From NCBI GenBank assembly GCA_003344405.1, contig NOWV01000140.1:178104-198103 (forward strand): a stretch of DNA of 20,000 nucleotides. The letters are read 5' to 3'. The notes beneath the pieces are model-generated. The model worked only from the letters and a program-made list of their open reading frames with translations. It made no database searches and had not been told where the DNA came from. Each line of letters opens with the position of its first letter. Within the stretch, counting starts at the first letter, position 1. The position numbers and the translations under genes were made by a program. Positions 1 to 19,589 of this stretch are shown here, one piece after another. The stretch comes from Trichoplax sp. H2. Its lineage: Eukaryota.

Positions 1-3000
1 GTCATATGGATGTCCTTTCCGATTTCACCAAGAATATGGAAACAAGAATTAGACAGTAAATAAACAATGTCATATCTACATTGAATCGGCTCTTATAGCA
101 TAGTGTATAGTCCAGCACATTTGGTCAATATTGAAAAAATTTTGATTGAAAAAAGAATGACTGCATTTGCTGTTCATGCGATAGTCTATCAAGATATTTA
201 CCTTCCGTAATAAAGTACTTCCTTGACTTTGAAAAACTGACTTAACAGCGTCATTTATTAAAGCAATTCATAAAATTTTAAGTAAAATAGGCACTAAATT
301 TTTTATTTATTTTAGCATTATCCGGTTCAAATGACAACATGATTGAAAGCATAACAGGTTCCTATTTAAGATCTATTAAATTCGTTGCGTGTAAAGAGTA
401 ACTTCGAACAAAATATGAGTCATGATGTAAAAGTTAATTTAAGACGAAACGGAAGAATATTAATTATTGGCAAAAATAAGTTGTCAGAGTAGTTAAGCTT
501 CTTACAGTACTCCATTAGACAATTTAAGAATAATCATTGGCTATATTTATTTTCATTTCATCCTTATCATTTGTAAGGTACTATGGATATCTTCAAATAT
601 AGCCAAACAAGTTTTTATCCAAACCTAATTAGAATCTTTCCAATCCATCGTATTGTGCAGATGATTATTTGCATCTTAGTGCTAATAAATCATCTGCAGT
701 AGAGTTAATATATTGGCACAAATGATTGATTTGATCGATTAGAACTATAAGACCATCAATAATAGTACTGTATTTTAACTAATCCAGCCTATGGAAAAGG
801 GCAAAATTGAACAAATGTGAATTTTACTTGGTATTGCTATTACTATCGCTAATCGAAAAATATTCTCACAGTAGTCATTTCGTGAATCTTTCACCATAGG
901 ATTATAGTAATACAATCTCTCCCAACTCTCAGCTATTCTTACCTGCAGGTGTAAAAATCATTTAAATTTAGATCTTATACTCATTTAGTCATCTTAATTA
1001 AACATTATCCAATTAATATACGCCTAAAGTGCTCACGTAGCAATTATGAATAGCCATTAAAATTTTATAACCATGTGATTACATAAAAATGCTTCTAAGC
1101 ATTGCTATGTAAATCTGAGAGTATTGAAGAAATCTCATCAGATGAATAGGAGCACCCTAAATTCGAACTACTACATCATTCTTGTAGATTAACTAACAAG
1201 TTCGAATCAATTTTTTATATCCAATCAATTAATGCAGCGATAATAGTAAGTAACTTACCAGCCCTTCTGAATGACTAACGTCGTACCTACATTTACGGCA
1301 TAAATTAATAAATACCAGAATTGTTGGCACCATTAATTCTTAATCATCGATCAATTCTATTTTAATATCATTATTTTCTCACAAAACTTTTATTTGATTT
1401 TGATCAAGAAGCTCTTTCCTATTTTAGTTAAGAAGATGTTAGAGAATTTTGTTAATATCAAGAGATTACAATCACATTAAAAGATTTGATATGGATATTG
1501 GCAAGCAGACCTGGATAAACATCAGTCAATCGAGTTCTGATGGTACTATTGAGTTTTTAACTTAATAGACTATAGCGATGAGGATATGGAATTATTTTCG
1601 ATTGTCAGGCAATCATATATAAGAATGTAATGATTCAGAAGATAGTAAGCGATATCATCCGATTTTAGAAGGTATTTTTTTTATTTGCTAGCTTACAGCA
1701 CAAAACTCTGTTCATGTTGAATAATCATTACAGATATTCATGACTAAAGAATAGTAACAACCCTACAGAAATGCTTCTAATTGAGCTTGCCGACAAAGTT
1801 TGCATAGCCCCATTTCCATCAGTTAAAGTAAATTAAAGGGGACTTCAGCGCGATTTATCATAGTCTGTTACTTAGCTACTTGAAGAATATGACGATAACT
1901 TATGGTTAATATTTAAACAGTGCTTTACATTTTGTACAGGGTGCAAAAGAGATTTTATATTTCGCTAATTTATATTGGAACTGTAGCTACTAGCTAATGA
2001 TCATACACGAGCGCATTTAGGCTAAAATGCGGTTATTCTTCTTAGCAGGATTCCGTCTTTAGTACCTAGTAAATTATGCCAAAATAGATCACAGCTGAAG
2101 AATATAAGAACACGTCAGATTTATCATAGGAATGATTTTCTATTAATGTTCGTTCACGAGCGGCTTAGAACGATATTAATGTTTGCAGAAATTAGGTGAA
2201 GGATATCAAATATGGATCGTTGAACTATTCTCCTATTTACCGGCTTCAAAAACTGATCATTTCATTTACGCTAGCATAGTGAAATGGAAAGCTCTCAATC
2301 TCTATGCTATATTTCCACAAATCGCATGAAAATAATTTTGCTAAAAGATCATTATGGCTTGATCTTGTGCCTTGTTACGATGATGATCGAGAAGAAGAAC
2401 AGTAGCTGTGATATTGAATCATTACCCTAACATTTCTCATTTTACTTGAAGAATCATTCAGTATTTCAATTTATTGGGTAAAAATTTCTGACCCAGCGAT
2501 CGTTGAAATCGCTTAGAAATTTAAACATAGTAAAAGAATGTTCTTACAGATAATACGATCATATTTCCTTTCAAATTTCTTATGCAAGAAAGGACAACAG
2601 CCTCCAATATCAGTTTACAACGACAATATCATTATTTATGAAATTGGAGGCTGATTAAGTAACTACAGAATTTCTGTCATCTTTCATTGAATTACTCTGT
2701 AGGAATATCGATGAAGAAATATTTAATTGGCAGAGTTCTACCTCCTTTCATTTTGGATTGTAACATTAATTGGCGCTATTCCTATCTTGTGATCAAGAAT
2801 TCGATAAAATACTATCTTTGTCTAAATAGCTTGAGGGATAGAAAATCGGTTTTGCATAAAGCTTCCATCTATGAAATGATTACCCATACAAAGACTCGAT
2901 TCATTGACTATGAAATCTGTTCCATAAATAACCATGAAATATTGGAACTTTTCATCGGCTGAGAAAAATAGCGAAAGGCTATCAATGTAAAGCGAATGTA

Positions 3001-3559
3001 GATGGTGAAATAAATAACTATCAGTTAGTCTTTCATTGACAGCAAATATTTCAATTTCACTTTATTGCAAGTTAGAAAATGAAATGAAGAATTGCTATCC
3101 CAGACTAATGCCTTTATGATGAGAAAGAAAAGGAAATTCTATTACAATTTCATAGCACAAATCCAGCCTTGAATCAGTAAAAACTAATATTATTTTTATC
3201 CTTGAGCGAAGAATGTTTTCTTGTTGTCATTCTTAACAGCTAAAATAACTTAAAGGAAGGATTATTGATGCCCTTGTCAATCTTTCATTAGAGAATGAAA
3301 TACTATCGGAGTGGCCTTCATTTAAATTGCTATCCTTCACAAGGAAATACCTAAGAATAAGGTTATCCAGCAGTTTTACCCTGTAGCCATGCAATCCTAA
3401 CATAGCTGATGTCATTTATTACCCTCTTTATTCTTGTCAGCTCTTGCTTTCCGATTGATGTAATTATTGACACCAATTGATTCGATTGCTACCGCATACC
3501 TTCTTGTAGTCCTTCCTTGATTGCTGCAATGACAGACATTAAGCAATTTTGTTTGCATC

Positions 3560-5030
3560 ACAAAATTGTTGCAATCTACTATCAATAGATGAAGTTATTC
3601 GTTGTGCAAATTAATATGATTTAGTTAGGCAAGTATCCTTGTCATCCTTTTCTTAAAGATGGAATTATCAGCGTAAATCAATTTTAATGGTGGCTCTAAG
3701 CTATATTCATGTAATATTCCACCAATAGAGGGTGTTAAATGAATTAATCCACATTTATTTGTTACAATGTGTAAATATTCTTGTAATCTTTGACAGAGAA
3801 CCGGAATCATGAACGTAGATCCATTTTATTTGTAACTGATAACCACTATTCTTGTAATCTTCCTCTAACAGATGATATTATTAGAGTTAGAAACTAATAG
3901 AGCTGTTACAGTCAATCCATTTTTATTCCCTACTGTAGATCAATGTTCTTTTAATCTTTCACAGATAGATAGAACTTAATCTACTTGATTTATTACTATC
4001 ATATGTATTCCTATAGTCTTTCGCAGAGAGACGGAATCGTCAGTGTACAGTAAGTCAATTTTAATGGTGGTTGCAAGCTATATTTATATAATTTTTCACT
4101 AGCAGAGAGATGTTACTAGAATGACTCCACTTTTATTTTTGCAGTACGCCATTATTCTTGTAATCCTTCATAGAGAAATGGAATCTTGAACTTAAATCAA
4201 TTTTATTAGTAACTATCAGCAACTATTTTTGTAATCTTTCACTAGCAGATGGTATTATTAGAGTTAATCTCTAGCAAGCTGTTCAAGTCGATCCATTTTA
4301 TTCGCTATTGCACAGAAATATTCTTGTAATCTTTCACAGTAAAATGGGATTTAATCCACTCTCGTTGTTACCTCACCCAAGTATTCTTGTAATCTTTAAG
4401 AGAAAGATGGAGTTTAATTCACTCTCGTTGCTACCTCACCCAAGTATTCTAGTAATCTTTCCCTGAAAGATGGGATTAAATCCATTTTCGTTGTTACCTC
4501 ATCCAAGTATTCTTGCAATCTTTCCCTGAAAGATGGGATTTAATCCACTTTCGTTGTTACCTTACGCAAGTATTCTTGTAGTCTTTCAAAGAGAAATAGA
4601 ATCATCAGCGTAAATCAGATGTATTCATTACTATGGGCAAATATTCTTGTAATCATTCACAGAGGCATGAATTATTAGCGTAAATCAATTTCATTTGCAA
4701 CTGTCAGTATATATTCTTGCAATCTTTTAATAGCCGAAGCTGCTATTAGAATTTATTTATTTCATATGTAATTAGGCACAAAGATTTATTGTATTCTTTC
4801 ACTCACAGATGATATTATTAGAGTCAGCGACTAGTAAAGCTATTCGAGTTGATCTATTTTATTGGCTACTAGAATCAAATATTCGTGTAATTTTTAATGG
4901 AGATGGGATCCCAAGCACATATCAATTTCATCACCCCTACAGTCCAACATTCTTGCACCCTTTAACGAATAAATGAAATCGTCAACATAAATCGATTAGT
5001 GCTACAAAAAACTTTTGTCATCTCTAGCAC
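3560..5030. repeat. Degenerate tandem array of ~62-97-bp monomers with ~377-bp higher-order periodicity
   Basis: The core TATTCTTGTAATCTTTC-like motif recurs at ~3634, 3704, 3776, 3847, 3944, 4006, 4081, 4153, 4224, 4319, 4382, 4445, 4508, 4571, 4642, 4712, ~4784, 4880, 4948. The long-monomer marker CAGATG(A/G)TATTATTAGAGT occurs at ~3869, ~4247 and ~4806. Outer boundaries are approximate. Confidence 0.85.
4319..4590. repeat. Recent 63-bp tandem repeat (~4.3 copies) nested in the larger array
   Basis: Cores at 4319, 4382, 4445, 4508 and 4571 are spaced exactly 63 bp apart. Units are highly similar (…GATGGGATTTAATCCACTCTCGTTGTTACCTCACCCAAGTATTCTTGTAATCTTT…). Confidence 0.92.
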
Positions 5031-8000
5031 TTAATTACTGATAGATAGAAATATCGACTTTACTCCATTTCGTGAATGCCACTCTAAATCTATTCACGGA
5101 TACCCTAGCTATCTTTTTAATTTCTGGCATTTAACTTCAAACAGATGAAATTATCGGAATAAATCATCCTTAAAACGTTCGTTTGGACCTCATCGTAATC
5201 CACCAACTCGGAAGCAAACTGTATGATAAGAGTGTATCACCTTCTGAATTTGGCCTTAAAAGAGTATTGTCATTACTCTAATACTATAAACTCATCATTA
5301 AATCAATTACTAAGGATAATCCAATTCCTATCGGCATCACAAGTTTAACTGCTAGTGGCCTCTACCTTCAATAACATGCAATATTGCAATCCCACCGTGC
5401 AACAGTCTATCGTTCTAGCGTCATAAAAAAATATTGCCAGTAATTTGCCAGGAGCATATTTGAAAGTTAGAATTTATTGTTTCAAAATGAAATAAAACAG
5501 TAAAGGTTCAATAGTAATTTTAAGAAACTTGAATAATATCTTTTATTGAAAGCAGTCTGTTGTAAAGCCAAGAGAATATCATGGATAGGAATGCCATTTT
5601 CATAGCGAACAGTTTACTAATGTGCTTTTGATCATGACTGATTTCACTATACCTAATTCTCATGGCTCCCTTTCATTCTTTACCGGTACAAAGGATCCCT
5701 TTGAAAATGGTTGTATAAAAGCCAAGTTCGAAAATCGAAAACACTAGACTTTGTACACGGAATTGCTACCCTAGGCTAGTCCTATTTACTACTCTGCTTG
5801 CAGATGCTATCTTGCCCTTTCTCATTCAACAAAATGTACGCAATTACCTTGCCAACACTTTAATGATTAGAATAATAATCAGCTAACATTGTCTCTTTCT
5901 TTGCTGCATGCTTTATTCCTAAATTGTTCACCTCTCAGTTAGTCAGCTAGTATACTTTGACTTGCAGAAACGACGACTGGCTTATCCGGTTAGAGCCTTT
6001 CTCAGTTATGGGAAAATCTGTAAATCAATAATCGAATCTACAGTAATTGAAATAAATCAATTCCCTGAAGACTGTTTACCATGATCATTTAGGCTAATCA
6101 TGCTGAGCTGTTGTACTTGCCAATATCATTATTTGTCGAAATAATTAAGTTCCAATTCAGTTATGCAACCGTTTCTATTACATAGTCATTACAGTCGCTG
6201 CTATCACTCTTTCATTTGTGGATAATTTTATCTGGCATATTTCTCCATCATACTTTTATTCTGATATCAAGGTGATAGCATCCATCTTTACAAAGTCCCA
6301 CAAAAAGTTCTACAATCACTTACAGCACTCAACTTTTAATTTCTTCGACTCCACAAAATTGATTATGGAAAACTTTTTTGTAAAGTTAACCAATAATCCG
6401 CAGCCATATCAAGCAGTAAAAATTGAAAGTGTAATCCATACAAGTTAGATTCCCTATTAAATTACATCCAAAACCATCTAGGCTTTACGTATTGAATCTT
6501 AGCTGCGCTGATAGTGACTTTAGTCAAGTTTAAAAATCGTTTCCTTAACTGGAATCCATATTCTTACTTTTCCTTATATAATGTCATAAAATTGGAACCC
6601 AAATGTCATTCGTATACCGCAATTTTAACTCAGTGTAACGTCTGCCCTTAATATGGGCTATTAATAATCAGGAGACAACTACTAATAGAAGTTAAGAACT
6701 AACATTACTTCATATACGATTAAAACTGACAAAACATCTTCTGCTACCTTCTCAATAACTATAGCTTCCTACTTTACTAGTATATAGCGATTATCGACAC
6801 CCGTATGTATTTTAGTTAAGAAAGAGATAATCACCGTCAAGATATTGAAGATAGATATCTCGACTTATATAAGATATCCTATAATAACGTTAACAGTTAT
6901 TTAATTTAGTTAATTCACCTTGCTAATGTTGCAGTATTCTCATGATTAATAAATAGCCAATTCGTATAGCCCTTTCTTTAGGCATAATATATTAACAGAA
7001 ATCAACCATAAGATCTAATTACATTGATGGTGTACGGGTCTTTCATCAATTTTGTCGGTAATTGAGGTAGATAAGAATTCCCTTATAGTGTAGGATTCTT
7101 TAAAGAAATTTTTAGCTTCTATATGATTATCACGATCACTTATCACTAACTTTATAGTGTTGGTATACCTTAAAAGGTTTAAAATCAATGATTTTGGTAA
7201 AATTAATCATCACTAAAATAGATAGTTATGTTACGGTACCAAATTGAGGGATAATTTCTTTCCAAATATTACCGGCCCGGATATAATAGTATCCGGGTTT
7301 TACTCAACTCATCTTATTATCAATCTCTATATCAATATTAGCATAGTTTACTGTCGGAAAAATTGGCAATTAGATTAACTTATTTTTCAAGTATGCATTT
7401 ACCTAAAATGACCTCTGCCTGTTAAAAATTTAAGATCTTTATTACCCTATTAATCATCGAGTTACCATAGGCTAATATAATTATATCCATTGAATTCATT
7501 CGCCGGATCACTATATTTGCACAACTAAGCTATAGTATTCCTTCTCATCAATATTCCGCCGTGAGTCCAAATATTCCGCATATTCCACATCTCATTGCAC
7601 CTTGGACCTTCTTTTTGTTTCAAATGCTGGCTGAATGGATCGCTATTTTACTTTATTGTAACTAATGATTGGTATTTCTCTTTTATGCTCCATCCTCACT
7701 ACCAATTAATTGGTATGATGCACTTACTATTGCACCTGGCTCCTCTTTTTATTCCAAATGTTAGTCACATTAAGTTGCGGTCTTAATTTATGTATGAATG
7801 CTCAAAGATGTCTCTTTCTAGCTAATTACCCGCCATTAGTGTAAAACATTCTTTCTTAAATTTTTTCTAGTCTAAGAGCAAAGTAAACAAACTCGTTGCA
7901 TTTATCATTGATTTTTACAAGTTCCCCAAATGCTGCATATTCTATACATCGTAAATATTTGGATATTCTGAGGTTTTAAAAATTCGCTTAATTTAAATCA

Positions 8001-9644
8001 TCATGATAATATATGAACAGTCACCGATAAAAATTTCTCTGTAAGTCTGATATCTTCCACATGTTCTATACATCTTTGCACTTTGGATCTATTTTATTCT
8101 GTTTCTAAATACCGGCTAAGCAATCTCTATTTATAATGTTAATCAATTGTAGCTTGAAATCAAGTATGATTAAATATTTAACATTATTTAATCTACACTC
8201 ATCAAAATAAATAATAATATTATGCTTGATTGCTTATGGGTATAGATGATAAATTCAGTATAAATTGCAGCCATTGATACATTATCAGTAACTAGTGAAT
8301 AAAAGAAATAAGGAGAATACATATAGAATTTACATCCTTATAATATTGATCTTTATAATTATAAATAGTATAGAAACTACCTTGATCAGTCTTGTATTAG
8401 CCAGAATGACATAGAAAATGGCTTCAATTCAATGTCGAATCGGTGTTTTTAAACTTTATCTACAGTAAATTTCCTTTTTGTCAGACAAGGTTCAAGTGAA
8501 TAGCTTACTAAATTATTTACAATTTTACGCATTACTGTTTATTCATTATCGTGAGGATACTTGCTGCAAGAATAGCGGTTCGCGTGATCCTTTTTGCATT
8601 CATAAGGTTAAAAAGGACCAAGATAGCCCCAAAGCGTGACTAATTGTGGAATTAAGGACAAAGAATCGACCCGTATACGATTTCATACGGATGCTACATT
8701 TTGAAGGAATAAGCAATTCGAATTTGTTCACTCTACAGGACTCTTAACTCTCATAGGATAGTAAAACTGTTTCATTTGATGCGGACAGCAATTCCAGATG
8801 GGTATTCAAATTGTATTGATGACAAAATCTTATTACATTATTGATTGGTAAATTTAAAATATATTCCCTTGATATTTAAAACTTTTATTAATTTATAATT
8901 TTTGTATGACTCTTTAACGATGAATATTGACATAGATCAAATGACGCTTGATAGGATTATAATAAATTCGTAAAATGAGTCATTAGCTGATAAATTAAAA
9001 TTGAGATCGAGAAATTATTTTCTACAAAAAAGATAAAATGTTAGTCAAGATCTGTTCTAATTATAGGCCAATTTCATTATCCTATGCGAAAAATACTTCA
9101 GTTTGAATGGAGATAATTTTAGTATATCAATGATTGGTCACAATTGTAAGTAGTATTAATAAACCCAATATCAACTTGTACAGTATAATCTTGAGGGGAC
9201 TAGGTTATGTTCTTGTCCAGACTGTATAAGCAATATCCGTCATAATAATATTTATTTACAAGCCCACTTCCTATGGCAAAGACTGTTTTAGAAATATCAT
9301 TGTTACTATATTATAATACCATTTTATCATTATTGACTTAAATACATTAACTTCACCTTATCAACTGATCTAAGCTTATATTTTGTTGATTACTTTTAGC
9401 CTATAATTAATTCATGTATTTTTTTATTTAAATCCATGGCTGAAAATAGATCCAGTAGCAAGGCTAGATTAAAATAACATAGTAATTGGTCAACATTTAT
9501 CTAGCCAAGTAACCAACAACGTTGGCCAATCGATTATCGATATTGATTTACCGTGCAAGGAATAAAAGGAATCGAGCCAATTGTTACATCTTTCAATTTA
9601 ATTTTTAAGCTATCGGTTCATGTTGGAAAAGTAATATAGCCATC

Positions 9645-10787
9645 ATGCATACCAACGTTAGCTGTGAAGATAACATGACCGCTTTTCTCATTACACATAC
9701 TATGACAGCGACTGTTTTGCAAGCAACATCGATATCGTTATTTATTATTTCAAGTATTATGGGCAGTATGGCCATATGTTACATTATCTATAAAGATAAA
9801 GCATTACATAATGTTACTGGAGCATTAGTAGCTAACTTAATGATGTCAGATTTTTGCGTGGCAGTACTCAACATGCCTGCTGCTTTAATATCTTGTATCA
9901 TTGGTCGTGGTATTGAAAATAATACATTATGCCAATTGGCTGGCGTTTCTAATTCATTATTCCGTTATGCTTCTATATTAACTTTGGCAGCCATTAGTGT
10001 TGATCGTTACATTGCTGTTGTACGTCCATTAAAATATTTTTTGATTATGACTTGTCGTCGATGTTTTATAATTATTAGCGCAATTTGGCTACAAGCGATT
10101 ACATGCTCTCTATTACCACTGATGGGTTGGGGCCGATATATTTATAAACCGGAGGAGTTTATTTGTCGTCCAAGTTTCTTATGGCCCAGTGAAGATCGTG
10201 GTTTTACTTTAGTTATTTTAATAACGTGTTTTCTAATACCTTTTGCAATTATTATAGCAACATCAATTCGAGTTGTTCGTATTGCTAAAATTCAACGAAA
10301 AAAGGTCAGTAGTATTACTGTTCATGTTCGAGAACGTGGATCGGTATCAGGTATATCCTATCTTGGTAGTCATTGCGAAAGCGTTCGAGATTACAATCAT
10401 GCGTCATCGATCTCTTCAGCAAATAAATTGTTTACCGAGATTTCTCCAAAACTCAGCCATCGAAAGAGTACTGCAGCTTGGGGTATGAGTAGTAATAAAA
10501 AATTCGATTCTAGTAGTGTTAAGACATTAATATTTATCGGTGGCATAGCCTTCGCATGTTGCTCACCATATTTCATCGTGAGTTATCTATTTTCTGTTAT
10601 ACGCGTTTCTTGTGTATATTATCGTGTCTTTGTAGCCTTAAAAGGTATAACTGCATGGCTGATATTTATGAATTCAGCTCTTAATCCGTTTATTTACGGC
10701 TTTATTAATGTTAATTATAGAAAATATTTTTTAAAATGGTTAAAATTATCGTCATCGTCTACTGCAATAAGACCTTTAAGTCAATGA
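9645..10787 (+). CDS. Rhodopsin-like (class A) orphan G-protein-coupled receptor, single coding exon, 380 aa
   Basis: Seven hydrophobic segments; TM2 NLMMSD..NMP; TM3 Cys (C96) and SVDRYIAVVRPLKY; TM4 W..P; ECL2 PLMGWGRY…ICRP; TM5 FLIP; TM6 CCSPYF; TM7 NSALNPFIY followed by a helix-8-like NYRKYF; N-glycosylation sequons NVS and NMT at the N-terminus. Confidence 0.96.
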   Translation: MHTNVSCEDNMTAFLITHTMTATVLQATSISLFIISSIMGSMAICYIIYKDKALHNVTGALVANLMMSDFCVAVLNMPAALISCIIGRGIENNTLCQLAGVSNSLFRYASILTLAAISVDRYIAVVRPLKYFLIMTCRRCFIIISAIWLQAITCSLLPLMGWGRYIYKPEEFICRPSFLWPSEDRGFTLVILITCFLIPFAIIIATSIRVVRIAKIQRKKVSSITVHVRERGSVSGISYLGSHCESVRDYNHASSISSANKLFTEISPKLSHRKSTAAWGMSSNKKFDSSSVKTLIFIGGIAFACCSPYFIVSYLFSVIRVSCVYYRVFVALKGITAWLIFMNSALNPFIYGFINVNYRKYFLKWLKLSSSSTAIRPLSQ

Positions 10788-11159
10788 TAGTTATTGTTTT
10801 TATCCGTTGATATTGTAATTCTTGTAATCCTATTTAAATCTTTTAAAGATTTATCCAATGTAATAATAGTTTGTTACTGCAACTGTAGAATTTTTATATA
10901 TATGCATTTTGCTTGATATTAATAGCGATTGTTACACACTGTATTTATTCTTTGCTAAGATGCTGTACAAAATTAAAAAAAAAAATTGCTTTTGTAATTG
11001 TCTTGCTACGATTTTGTTATTGCAAACACCCGTACCTAGAATTTCCAAAAATGGAGCAATAAAGTTTAAGTTAATAGTTTGTTATATCCGTCTTGGGATA
11101 CTTACTATTTTAACAGTGACTAGTGCTTACGTGTAGCATACTACAGTTACTATTCATAT

Positions 11160-15100
<3,941 letters not shown>

Positions 15101-15162
15101 GTGCCTCTATTACTATGGCTGCCCTGGTGAGAATTTACTTACTCGAGGTTTTCCTATAGTCC

Positions 15163-15473
15163 CCCTATCAGGCTCTAACCCGTCCCATCTCCCGTCCGTT
15201 AGACTACAGCATATCGTAGAATGAATTAATTAATTAATTAAAAGAGATTTCGAGCAGGCCATGTGAACATAACATTAAACATTTCATTGTGAACAACGCT
15301 GGTATATCGTAGGGGTCAAAAAGATTATGGGGAGACTTACCTCTATCAGGCTCTCCCCTTTCCCGTCTGCCGTCCCGTAGACTGCAGTATATCGTAGAGG
15401 TAGAATCGATTTTGGAGAGACTTACCTCTATCAGGCTCTACCCCGTCCCGTAGACTACAGTACATCATAGAGG
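15163..15473. repeat. Three degenerate ~60-70-bp direct repeats at the duplication junction, upstream of METAP2 copy A
   Basis: CTATCAGGCTCT…CCGTCC(C/G)(G/T)TAGACT(A/G)CAG(C/T)A(T/C)ATC(G/A)TAGA occurs at ~15165-15220, ~15332-15400 and ~15416-15473. Copies 2 and 3 share GAGACTTACCTCTATCAGGCTCT exactly. Confidence 0.8.
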
Positions 15474-15594
15474 TAAAGAAGCAATATTTTTGTTTTTGCC
15501 ATAACATATCATTCGGAGTTTGGTGTGTAGTGTTGTTAGACATTGGACTATTTTAAAGTTTATTTATTGGGGAACAGGAAGAATAGATGATATA

Positions 15595-19522
<3,928 letters not shown>

Positions 19523-19589
19523 CTGCAGTAGTAACTGTTGTTGGCCAACAGCAGGAAGATTTCAGGGTCTGTCTCGACCAGGGTGCTCC

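Noticed and set aside
3560-5030. CRISPR-like appearance (recurring core with variable intervening sequence)
   Set aside because: The intervening sequences are homologous to each other, the cores are degenerate, the context is eukaryotic, and there are no cas genes.
7276-7297. GC-rich hairpin CCCGGATA-N6-TATCCGGG (Helitron-end-like)
   Set aside because: Only an 8-bp stem, no downstream CTRR terminus, and no other element features.
7550-7770. Short repeats (ATATTCC(G/A)C x3; TTGCACCT…CTTTTT…CAAATG x2 about 135 bp apart)
   Set aside because: Too short and degenerate to support a defined element.
6218-7786. Short ORFs 6218-6448 and 7595-7786 (also 10273-10488, 10909-11136, 11684-11896, 15346-15543, 19538-19834, 19599-19796)
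   Set aside because: Mostly non-ATG starts, low-complexity or AT-driven composition, and no recognisable domains; consistent with chance ORFs.
9645-10787. Opsin or biogenic-amine receptor assignment
   Set aside because: There is no Lys at 7.43 and no Asp at 3.32, so no gene symbol was given.
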